From positions 141,732,001 through 141,796,000 of the forward strand of contig NC_042998.1 of assembly GCF_006345805.1 (NCBI RefSeq): a stretch of DNA of 64,000 bases. The letters are read 5' to 3'. The notes under the pieces are model-generated. The model ran no database searches, had not been told where the DNA came from, and was given only the letters and a program-made list of their open reading frames with translations. Source of the stretch: Octopus sinensis. Taxonomy: Eukaryota. A program made the translations under genes and the position numbers. Numbering within the stretch: position 1 is the first letter of the stretch; every line of letters starts with the position of its first letter. Of this stretch, positions 26,650 through 37,677 are shown in pieces.

Positions 26650-26862
26650 TAAACAATTGCAACGTGGAAGGTGTTTATAAGCCATTTAAGAAACACACAA
26701 AAACTGTTAGATTCACTTCAACATTTAAATTTAATTTGTCAAAATATTTTCGTCGCTTTCAGACCGCGACCTGTTCACTGACAAAATTCTGTACTGCAAT
26801 TGTTTTTGTTTCAGCACATGATCTCAGATCAGGTCACTTGCTGTGCAAGTACATCTCCGTAA
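26650..26862 (-). mobile_element. PLE-like terminal fragment between (TA)n tracts; a truncated second copy lies at 62726-62829
   Basis: It contains a hammerhead motif and is flanked by (TA)n, with a clear second copy in the window. The PLE assignment is inferred from the HHR architecture because no ORF remains. Confidence 0.55.
26733..26788 (-). ncRNA. Minimal type I hammerhead ribozyme, G3:C8 core variant
   Basis: AAUUUUGUCA-GUGAACA-G-GUCGC-ggucugaaa-GCGAC-GAA-AAUAUU-U-UGACAAAUU. Stem I is 7 bp, stem II is 5 bp, and stem III is a palindrome. Confidence 0.7.
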
Positions 26863-26926
26863 TATACATATATATATATATAAATAAATAAATGGAGTTT
26901 AACGCATGTTTAATTCAAATACTTTT

Positions 26927-27011
26927 ACTTCTGACACATGTTTCGAATATTTCACTATGATTCCAAAGGAATAAATGGTGTAAAGCACTGTAATCTTCTC
27001 TTCAGAGAAGT
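26927..27011 (-). ncRNA. Type I hammerhead ribozyme, canonical core, long stem II insert
   Basis: ACUUCU-CUGAAGA-GAAgau...auaUUC-GAA-AC-augu-GU-C-AGAAGU. Stem I is a perfect 6 bp and the triplet is GUC, with predicted cleavage between 26933 and 26932. Confidence 0.8.
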
Positions 27012-27073
27012 GAAGAAATGAACCTCGTCAATAAGACATTTTAACAAGGGAAAAATACACTCATCTATTTATA

Positions 27074-27124
<51 letters not shown>

Positions 27125-28147
27125 CCAGGCTTCTTTCAGTTTCTGCTACCAAATTCACTAATATTGCTTTAGTCTGTGTGCAATAGTTGAAAGATTGTAA
27201 ATTAAAAGAGAAATAATATCAAAATAGTTTTAACAAAATGATTGATGTTTTTGAAACCTTAAAAATTACAATTCCATTCCAGTTACTGTTTTCCCAAACG
27301 CGTAACCTAAGTTTGCCCTTCCATGCATTCATCCATTCACCCATCCAATCTACCTGTTAAGAACCTTACCCCACCCCACATACACACTCTCTCTCTCTCC
27401 TTGTAACTTTTTCAAAAAGCTTTCTTGTTTTTACACATACATGTTTACATTATCAAGCATCTTCAGGCATGTTGTGTCAGAACAGATGTTATTTTAATAC
27501 AGTTTTTTTTTTTAGCTAGCGAAAGGTTCCACAAATTTTCTGTCTACACATTTTACGTATTTATTTATTCATTATTAATTATTATTATTATTATTATTGT
27601 TATTATTATTATTATTATTGTTGTTGTTGTTGTTGTTGTTATTGTTAAATGTTTCTTTGTCTAGTTTTTCTCTGTGTACTCTAAGAAAGAGTGCAAAACT
27701 GTGCCAAAAAAACAAGGAGTAACTCTCTGCTTCTCCCTGCCTCTCTCCTACTCAGTCTTTAACCAAGAAATACTGAAAACACTTAACCAACCTGTAAATG
27801 CAGTTAGGCATATATATCACAGCAAGTTGTAAATGAAAGTGAGACTAGAAATAACATTAGTATTAAGAAACAATTAATTACTTATAAACAAATTAGCCAG
27901 CCCATTGTTAGAAATGACAATTCAGTCTATTTGATGTTTCAGCTAAAAATCTCAAGCTTTTCCTGAAATGTAAAAATGTAAAAATTTTTTGTTGATGTTT
28001 ACAGTGAGATAGACTGAGTTACCTTTGTTTGACTCAGTAAAAGTAAAATGTGATTACTAAGTGATAGATACCATTATATGGTTATTGTACCAATGAAAAG
28101 CCTTTACACAGTTGTACAACATTTTAGAAATAGCAATTAAATTTTCT

Positions 28148-28355
28148 TTAACTCTTTAGTATTTGGATTATTCTGTCAAATGTAATATTTGTTTATTTAC
28201 ATTGTTTTGAATTAATCATGCATTGACTTGTAGCTTTGAGATTTCAATGATGTGATTGTTTATTTTTAGAATGAAATTGTAGGGTTGTGGGCAGACAGAA
28301 GCCAGATCTGGCCAGTTTCAATATAAAACAGGTTAAATATTTTGGCTAGGGTTAA
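28148..28355 (+). mobile_element. piggyBac-type TTAA MITE (family of 13054-13279)
   Basis: TTAA-CTCTTTAGTATTT...GGG-TTAA, with internal sequence matching the other copies. Confidence 0.7.
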
Positions 28356-28522
28356 AGCATGCCCTGTCTGGTGGCATATTTCAGTTTGCCATCCCCACTG
28401 TGACTACCAAGCCAATACAGGCTTATAAAATGCAATAAAAGCATTGCCCATGACAGACAGCCCCCTTGTTATCTCACAACTATGCTACTGGCCCAGTTGT
28501 CTTTTGGACTGAAGGACATTGT

Positions 28523-28755
28523 TTAACCATTTAGCATTCGGATTACTCTGCAAAATTTAATGCCTATTTATTCATATTGTATTGAATTAATCATGCATCA
28601 TCTTATAACCTCAAGATTTCGATGATGAGACTGCTTGTTTTTAAAATGGCATTGTGGGATAGGTATGAGATGCCAGATCAAGTGAATTTGAGCATAAAAC
28701 TGATAGAATATAATATTGTGGCCAGATATAGCCAGTTTAAATACTAAAGGATTAA
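28523..28755 (+). mobile_element. piggyBac-type TTAA MITE (family of 13054-13279)
   Basis: TTAA-CCATTTAGCATTC...TTTAAATACTAAAGGA-TTAA. Confidence 0.8.
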
Positions 28756-29436
28756 TGTTGTTCTAGATGTGAAGTGGTCAAGACAAGAATGATGTGGTAA
28801 TGTAAGTTGTTCAGTTGCAAGAGTCCTGAGGTAAAAGAACAACAACCCCAGCTCCAATTATTTGCTTATAAATTTATCATCTGAGTAATATTACACCCGA
28901 GCCATACTCCTATGAAGAGAACAAAATAATGAAATAATTTACAGCCTCAGACTTCTACAAGCTTGGGACTTTTGGGGGATTTCCCCAATTAATAGGTCCT
29001 GTATACTTTATGTTATTCTTTTGCTTTAGTCACTGGACTGCAGCAATGCTGGAATACCACCATGACACATTTAGTCAATCAAATTGACACCAGTAGTTAT
29101 TTATAAGTCTGGTACTATTCTGTCAGTCTCTTTTAGCTGAACAACTAAGTTATGGGAATGGAGACAAGCTATCACCATTAGTCAAGTGACAAGAAACAAA
29201 CATGAACAAACACACACACGCACTTGCTGGGTTTCTTTTAGTTTTTTGGTTTAACAATTCCTTAACAAGACAGTGGTTGGCCCAGGCTTATACACCCCAA
29301 AATATGATAGACTTCTTTCAGTTTCTGTATACCAAATTCCATAACAAGGCGTTGGTTGGCCCACAGCTATAGTAGAAGACACTTGCTCAGGGTGCTGCAC
29401 AGTGAGACTGGACCAGGAACTATATGGGAGCACATA

Positions 29437-29650
29437 TTAAAGAACCGGAGACCCTTTATCCTGAAGAACAGTGGAATCTGCAAAACTAATTTTAAAGTTA
29501 TTTATAAGTAAGAACTATATTAGCATGTAGCCTAATGGTTAGGATTAGAAGCTCCTGATCTTCATGTCATGGGTTAAACACCTGGACTAGGTGGCACATT
29601 GTGCTCTTGTGCAAAGCAATTCATTACATGCTGCTCCAGTCTATGCAGGT
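29437..29650 (+). repeat. Composite repeat copy 1: decayed HHR-like module joined to a tRNA-derived SINE head
   Basis: ccctttatc-CTGAAGA-acag-tggaat-ctgc-aaaactaat-tttaaag, then tagcatgtagcctaatggttagg...gggttaaacacc...gcacattgtgctctt. The same junction recurs at 33028-33235. Confidence 0.6.
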
Positions 29651-31447
29651 GAAAATGACTACCAGCCAAGTTCTGGTGTAGCTCTTTCTCCCTTCAGCTG
29701 TGACATCCTTTTGATGTTAGCTAAATGTCTTTTGAAATTCATTTATTTTTCAAAGAATAAGTTGTTTCTGAATTTCTTTGCAACACACACACACACACAC
29801 AAAACAGTAGGATGTGGTTGAAAGAGATTTAGCTGCTATTTCTAAAGGACTTTAGCTACCATATACAGGGCTCTGGCATTAGTTCATACATACATATACT
29901 TAAGACAGTATATGTGTATGTATGAACTACACATCGTTGCTATTATGCAAAAGTGTCGTAAGTCCAAAACGTAGCTTTTTCAGAAAATGAAAAAAACAGT
30001 TTCATAGCAAAACGTTGTACTACACTTCAACAATTTTTGGTATCTTGGCATCTGAAGCAGTTAGAGATACAATAATTTAACCAAAAGAAGTGACTATTGC
30101 AAACAAAAATAAATATTGAAAAAAAATGCATTTGGCCAAATTTGGACATACAACAGCTTGGCATAATAGCAACAACATATACTTCAGGCTACTATTTCTA
30201 AAAGGTCTTAGCTACTATGAAGAGATCTTCATCATACACACACACACACACATATTGTAATAAAATGTGTATAGTTAACATTTATCATGTCTTTTATTTG
30301 TCAGATTAACTGAAGAACATCATATGTAACTTGGAAGTTAGGGTAATATATTTGGTTACCAATATTGGCATTTAAAAATGAATGCAAAACAGTCATAAGA
30401 ATAAAACCAAAACAATTAAAACATTTTTGAGCAATGCTAATAATGTCTTAGATTTTATTTAGCCTTGCTCTACAGAAACTTTGGGATTGGATTAAGATAT
30501 TACTTCAGTAAACCAAGGTAGGTTATCAAAGCTGTCAAATAAATGATCCAAGAAATCTAACTCATATAATAAATAAATAGAGATAAAAAAAGTATAAATA
30601 AAAAAAATTAACAGTGCTTTGACCTTTGAATAGTTACAAGATTTTAATGGCAAAAATAAAAAAAAATATTCAAACATATATGTCAAAAACTTTTGGAAAC
30701 TTTTGTAATAAGGCAACAAGTGCATTAATAATCTAAGTTTGTTTGTCTTGTTCATTTGTTTATGTCTGTATTTTTTTCTGGGCTAGCATGGATTGGAGTG
30801 ATGTGATTGGGTGAGGCTGCTTCGACGCTGTTGACCTGGCTGACTGGACATTGAACTTGTTTTGGCGACAGTACAGTTTTGGCACTGCATGCAGACACAC
30901 AGATACATGCAGGCACAAAAATATACAGAGAGAGAGAGAGAGAGACTATTATTAGAGAGAGATATGCACACACACACATAAAGAGAGAGAGGGAGGGAGG
31001 GAGGGAAAGAGATACTACATATATGTACAAATCTAACTAGATACACACACACACATGTACAAATATATATATATCTCAAAATCAAATGGAAATTGTAGTT
31101 GTAGCCGATACCAGTGCTGGTGGCACGCAATAAGCACCATTCATGCAGGGGTTGCTGCCAGAGGAGCCTGACTGGCTCCCCATGCTGGTGGCACATAAAA
31201 AAGCACCATCTGAACATAGCTAATGCCAGTGCCACCTGACTAGCCTCCTTGACGGTGGCACATAAAAAGCACCCACTACACTCTCAGAGTAGTTGGCATT
31301 AGGAAGGGCACCAAGCTGTAGAAACATTGCCAGATCAGACTGGAGCCTTGTGCGGCCTCTTGGCTTGCCAGTCACCAGTCAAACCGTCCAACCCATACCA
31401 GCATGGAAAACGGATGTTAAACGATGATGATATATATATATATATAT

Positions 31448-31820
31448 TCCCAGAAGAGAATTAATGCATTCGAGCTTTGGTATTGGAGAAGACTTTTATG
31501 GATTCCATGGACAGTGAGGTTCACCAATGGAGAAGTTCTTAAGCAGATCAGGCCGAAAATGTCACTAGAAGCTAGGATCACCAAGCATAGATTGGCATAT
31601 TTCGGTCATGTTATGTGGAGAAAATCCCTGGAGAAGGACATCATGCTCGGAATGGTCAGTGGCAAGAGAGGAAGAGGCCAACCAAGAACCCGCTGGCTTG
31701 ACACCATCAAGAGGGATACTGGAATGGACATAGCCAATCTGAAAGAAGTGGCCCAGGATAGAACTGACTGGAGGACACTGATCCAACGAATAACTGAGAG
31801 TCGACTTTGACTGAGCGGAT
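31448..31820 (+). mobile_element. 5'-truncated RTE-clade (BovB-like) LINE, ORF C-terminus plus short 3' end, inserted in (TA)n
   Basis: Stop-free frame SQKRINAFELWYWRRLLWIPWT...LAYFGHVM...LEKDIMLGMVSGKRGRGQPRTRWLDTIK...AQDRTDWRTLIQRITESRL. The 3' end gagagtcgactttgactgagcg resembles RTE/BovB termini, and (TA)n flanks both sides. Confidence 0.9.
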
Positions 31821-31859
31821 ATATATATATATATATTATATATATATATATATATAATA

Positions 31860-32611
31860 GAAATATGTTACAGAAAGAAAATAGTAACTATACGTAGAAA
31901 TGTAAGGGTAAAGTAAGAAGAAAAATAAGCGAAAATGCACATTGGATATCCCAAAAAGTAAAGGCTTTTTATGAAAAGTAACGGTAGATATATACAATTA
32001 GATGAACTGAGGTAGGAATAAAAGTAATAAAAGTCATTCATGTGAATTGTTAAAGAGATTCAAAAGCATACCAGTTTCGTAAAATTACTGATCACTGCTT
32101 TGAATGCACACCGATTACCGAACGGTGTTGGGTCTACTAGTCCTTGAGTAAAAAGATTATGTGTAAGGGAGGTAAGTAGTTCTGGATTTGGTGCAATTAG
32201 GGTAGATATAGATTTGTAATGTGAATGGTGTATAGGATGTATGGGTGGTATTAATTGAAAAGATAGTGGTGTTCTGTATTAAGTTATGTGTTCATATTGA
32301 GTTGTGGAAGATATTTATTTATAAAAGTTGCCTCTTTATTCATTCTTTGTTGTACTGTAGTGTTTTGTGAACATTGATAGAAGGGGAAAATTAGGAAATT
32401 AGGATTAAAGTTCCTAGCACACCTTTCTGTGTTCACTGACCTGTATCTGTCAGTATTGTGGATGACAGATTTGTTCTTTGTGGAGAGTGGTTCTTTGACG
32501 GAGTGATATTCCTATTTGGCCAATATAATGATTACCACACCTTAAGCATGTAATGGCATAGATTAGATTTTCCAAGGCACAGGTGAAATTTGATTTAATC
32601 TTAAATATTTC

Positions 32612-32614
<3 letters not shown>
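31860..32614 (-). mobile_element. 5'-truncated Penelope-like element: GIY-YIG endonuclease remnant (32284-32614) plus 3' region with hammerhead
   Basis: GEIFKIKSNFTCALENLIYAITCLRCGNHYIGQIGISLRQRTTLHKEQI...*QIQVSEH, then a frameshift, then ARNFNPNFLIFPFYQC...QQRMNKEATFINKYLPQLNMNT*. The IY...CxxC...YIG pattern is typical of PLE GIY-YIG domains. It is flanked by (TA)n. Confidence 0.85.
32058..32105 (-). ncRNA. Minimal type I hammerhead ribozyme, G3:C8 core variant, ~180 nt downstream of the PLE GIY-YIG stop
   Basis: AUUCAAAGCA-GUGAUCA-GUA-auuu-UAC-GAA-ACUGGU-A-UGCUUUUGAAU. Stem I is 10 bp with a one-nt bulge, G10.1-C11.1 is present, stem III is near-palindromic, and the triplet is GUA. Confidence 0.8.
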
Positions 32615-32695
<81 letters not shown>

Positions 32696-33027
32696 GAGAA
32701 AAGATATTTAAATGTTTAATGTCAAATAAGTTAGTGTTGAATAAACAATGCCAACTAGGTGGAGTCAAATCTGCTGTTACAAAATGGCTCACAACCAGCA
32801 TGGGTTATGAGAATATATTATTGAAGTATTGTTTTACAGCTGGATGCCTCTCCTGCTACTAACACTTACCTGTTTGCCAAGTAAAGGATCTTCAAAGCAC
32901 AAAACCAGTGGATGATTTGTTGACATGAGGAATTTGGCGAAGAGCAAATGTAAACACACACACACACACTTTCTGTCTCTATCTCTCTCTTATGATGGGC
33001 TTCTTTCAAATTCCCTGCTCACAAAGC

Positions 33028-33235
33028 TTTAAAGAAAAAGGAAACCCTTTATTCTGAAGAGCAGTGGAATCTGCAGAACTGATTTAAAGCTATTTTTAAG
33101 AAATACATTAATTAGCATGTGACCTAATGTTTTAGACTTGGAGCTCATGATCATCATGGCATGGGTTCAGCATGTGAACTGAGTGGCACATTGTGCCCTT
33201 ATCAAGGCAATTCATTTCATGTTGCACCAATCAAT
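33028..33235 (+). repeat. Composite repeat copy 2: decayed HHR-like module joined to a tRNA-derived SINE head
   Basis: ccctttatt-CTGAAGA-GCAG-tggaat-CTGC-agaactga-tttaaag, followed by the same SINE head as 29437-29650. Confidence 0.6.
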
Positions 33236-34753
33236 GTATTTCTATCTAAGGTGCTGCACGGTGGGACTAAATGCAACATCACATGGTTAGGAAATGAGCT
33301 TCTTAACCAAGAAATCATAAATAGAAAGTAAAACTATATTTGAATTCATTTGTATCTTGATTAAAACTTTCTACAGTCAATTTCAGGTATTTTTCTGTTT
33401 TATTAAAAGGTTTCATATAAAATAAACATACATCTTCAAACTCAAGATCATTGACACTATACATTCATCATCATCACCATTTAACATTCACTTTTCTATG
33501 CTTCCATGGGTCAGATAGAATTTGTTGAGGTAGATCTTCTACAACTGGATGCTCTTCCTGTTGCAAATCTCATCTGTTTCCAGGGAAGGTAATATTTCCC
33601 CATGGCCAAATATGCTTTTCACAGAATACTAGTATTGAACAACACCACTTGTATGACAGTGATGCTCATTTACAACTATCATGCAATGTTAAGGCAAGGG
33701 CACACAGAAACACACACATACACAAAACAGGTTACTTTCTTGTTTCTACCTACTAAAATCCAATCAGAAGGCTTTGGTTAGCATGGGGCCATAGGAAAAG
33801 GCATTTGCCCAAAATGCCAAACAGGACTGAACTGAAAACTATATAGTTGGGAAGCAAGCCTTTCAACCATGCAGCCATGCCTGCACCATTCAGGTGATGA
33901 GATCTTTTCAAAGAAAAGACTCATTCAAATGGTACCATTTGTTTCAAATTCTCCATATAATCATGTCCTGACAGCTTGTTGTTCAGTAAATGGGAACATA
34001 GCTACATTGCTTGGAAACAGGTGGTTAACATCAAGAATGGCATCAGGCTGTAGAAAATTCTGCTTCAACATAAACTGTTTGACCCATGTAAGCATAGAAA
34101 AGTGGACATCAAAACAATGATGATTTATTTTATATATGCAACTAAATCCCCATAAACTAGAAACCTTTACATAAGTATTACCCTAGCCAGAATTAGGATC
34201 ACCATGAAGAACAATCACACACTATTAATGTATGGTATAATATATAAACAACAAAATCACCATAATCCAAGAAACAAAGAACCCCTTAACAAATTCAAAC
34301 TTATGATAGTGAAGGACAAATTAGAACAATGAGAATATAAGATACAAATGATTCACTGACATCAAGAACATCAGACATATATTCCCATCATCAACTGCCT
34401 AACAGATATCATTATGGTTTCTATACCTGGGTAGCAGCAATCAATCTGGCACTCATATATAGGTATGAATAGACAACATATATGTTTGAATGAGTAAGCC
34501 TTTAATCTTCTGCATAACTCTGCTTTCTGGACTATGAAGTGAATAGAAAGCTAATCTGAATCCTGGATAGAAAGCTAACCTGGCAAATATAACTCCCCCA
34601 AAACCTTCTATCTATTTCCAATAACTAGGTAATGTGAGGTCGTGTGAAGAATTAAATATGGCTTATTTGTTAATACAAATGTCAGTTGTAGACATGACCT
34701 ATTATTTCTACAATATATGTGTGTGTGTGGAGATAGTGAAGGAAAGAGAGGAA

Positions 34754-34787
<34 letters not shown>

Positions 34788-34893
34788 GTATACATATTGA
34801 GAGAGAGAGAGAGAGAGGGGGGGGAGAGAGAGAAACAGAGAGATAGAAAGTGTGTAAAAAGGTGGATGTAGACAGAGTGATGAAGAGAAAAGC

Positions 34894-34931
<38 letters not shown>

Positions 34932-35918
34932 TGTGTGTGTGTGTGTGCAAAATATAGAGGGTAGGAAATAGATAAGGGACTATAAAGGAGAGGGAGATGA
35001 TTAAGAGTGTTTTGGTTTAGATATATTGGGAGGTTGGATAGAACCAATGAAAGGGGTGGAGAATAGATGGGGGAAAAAAAAATATTGAAATATATATATA
35101 TATCCACACACACACACACACATACACAAACAGAGGAAGTGGAGGAGGAGGGAAGGGGTGTTATGTTAATAGTTACTGAAATATATCTTTCTCCTGTTGT
35201 CTTAAGTACTTTTTATCTTATTGCTACAATGTGATCTGGTATTAAAGATTACAGAACTCTCTCTTGACACAATCATTTCATTATCAACACAACTGCTGCT
35301 GCTGCTTTCAACCTAGTTACTAAAATAGACTGAAGTGGAACAAGGAGACATATTTATTCCCAAACAATGCCAGTGGTGATTCATGGCTACTGTTTGTGAT
35401 AGTAGAACCTATTGTACTCTATTGCAAACACAGTTGGGTCACATGGCTGTGTGCTTAAAAAGCTAGCTTGGCAAGTTCAGTCCCACTGTGCAGCACCTGG
35501 CTAACACCTTGTATGTGAATTTGATTGTGGAGCCCATCAGGTGTTTGTGTGTGTGCACACGCGCACGTGTGTGTGTGCGTTTTGTGTTTGTTCCACACCA
35601 TGCTTGCCAACTGGTGTTAGTGTGTTTACAACCTCACAACTTGGTGATTTAGCAAAAGAGATTGACAGAATTAATACCAAACTTCAAATAAATACTGGAG
35701 TTGATTTGTTTGACTAAAGTCTTCAAGGCAATGCTCCAGCATGGCTGCAATCCAATAACAGAAACAAGTAAAAGAATTTATATCATACATGATATTAGCG
35801 AGCAAAAAGTAATTTTGATAACCTGAGATTATTTAGACCTCAAGTATGCAAAACTTCTTTCAAGAAGGTGTTTAGACTCTAAAAAAACAAAAACAAGGGA
35901 AGATAACTCCAATAAGAT

Positions 35919-36108
35919 CAAGTGATTTTTGCTGGAGCGGAACCCCAAGGAAACATTCCACTGGCTCGAGGAACCCCTGTGCAATAATTTGTCTTATGCA
36001 CACAAATCTGCACAGGAAAATTAAAAAATTACTGTCTATTTTAGCAGTTTTGTAACTTCTTGCAGAACCCCTGGACTGTACTGGTGGAACCCTGGTTGAA
36101 AACCACTG
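35919..36108. mobile_element. hAT-type MITE (CAGTGGTTTTCAAC-like terminal repeat)
   Basis: The right end ggaaccctggttgaaaaccactg is a typical hAT/Charlie-like TIR and the left end is degenerate (caagtgattttt...cggaacccc). No clear 8-bp TSD is visible. Confidence 0.55.
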
Positions 36109-36166
36109 ATCTGTTAGAGTAGAGTGGATTTGGTTTTTAGAATGATCCAACTGATGAAAAAAAAGG

Positions 36167-36204
36167 GACATGTTTCAGTCTTTTGAGACCTCCTCAGTGA
36201 AACA
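36167..36204 (-). ncRNA. Hammerhead core lacking the 3' strand of stem I (ends at C17)
   Basis: uguuuca-CUGAGGA-GGUCU-caaa-AGACU-GAA-ACAUGU-C, after which the sequence (CCUUUUUUUU) cannot pair with the 5' stem I strand. Confidence 0.55.
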
Positions 36205-37576
36205 AGCCACTCAGTAAGGCTAAGAGAGATGAATATGATTATGTGGTTAAAAAGTTTACCTTTTAACCCTGTGGCACCTTTGGCAAGTGTCTTCTATTAT
36301 AGCCCCAGGCTATGGAGCTTTGTGACCCACTGTGTGTGTATGTGTGTGTGCATGCCAAAATGCATCTGGTTCTCCTGCTAGCCTCAGCTGGGGTGGACTT
36401 TTTATCTCTCTCTATATTTATTGCATTTTTAACACAGCAAGTCTATAAGATGTTATCTCGGGATAAATACTGAAGTGACTAGTCTATCAACAGTGTGTGT
36501 GTGTGACCGTACAGTTTATGGATTCAATATAAGTAGAATCAACAAAAAAAGTACTCCATCCAGTAAGAGATAAATGTCAATTTAATACACAACTGAAAGA
36601 ACGACTAATAGTTTCATACTTTATGATACTTTAACTAGGAATATTTATAAAATATCTCATGTATCTCCAAGCAATCTTTCAGGCTCTGTTTATGTGCTAA
36701 ATATATTTAAAAATAAAGAATGCTGGACTTCACGTTCTGAGTTCATCCTTTGGGGTTGATAAAATAAGTACTAGCCGAGCACGAAGGGGGGGGGGACACT
36801 GGAATCAACTCACCCACTCCTCTGAACTTGCTGACATTGTGCCAAAATTTGAAACCGAGTGGATGGTACCTCTCCAAATGTAGACCTGTGAGTCAGAGAG
36901 AAGGAATTGGAGAGAGTACTTGCTCCTGGGGTTTCAGGGAAATCTCAGACAGTGGGGTTCCTCGATTATCCCTAGAAGCCTTCCTGTATCAGGAGGGCCA
37001 CATTTCTATCATAACTCCCCGCCAGTTTTTTTTTCCCCTTATTTTTTATCATTTCATTATACCCCCACACTTTATGTCTATCTTTGTATTGTCTTTCTCA
37101 TCCTTTACCCTTGTGACAAATAAATGAAATTATTATTATTATTATAATTATTATTATTATTGTGCAGTACTAGCAATTTGTCATCAATATAATGAGGTAC
37201 CATTATATGGTCTAGCACAGATATAGTGTCATACTGAGAGTATAGCACAAATATATTGTTGCTAATTGTAATAGCTGAGTTATTGAACTCCCAAAACCTT
37301 TCCCTTTACAAATTCTATACATGAGGGAGGGGGAAAGGACAAAGACATGGGAATAAATGTGTAGGTGTGAGAGAGGTAGGAGGAAGAAAAAGGAGGACAA
37401 CATGATATATCCTGCAGAAATTACTATAAGCTAAAAAGAAAAGAAGAAAAAGGAAAAAAAAAAGCAACTTTCTTTTTAGATTTAAACTTAGCTTTGTAAA
37501 ACAAGTTCCAAATTCAAGTCTATTAAGCTATATATATATATATATATCTACATATAAACACACACTAATATGCACA

Positions 37577-37621
<45 letters not shown>

Positions 37622-37677
37622 ATATATACGCATACATATATAGATATATATATATGCATACATAAAAATGTACTTAC

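Noticed and set aside
30504-30560. Possible 57-nt minus-strand exon (LDFLDHLFDSFDNLPWFTE)
   Set aside because: The acceptor (GAG or TAG) and donor (GTAATA) are weak, the phase is not compatible with the 54-nt candidate exon, and no protein was recognised.
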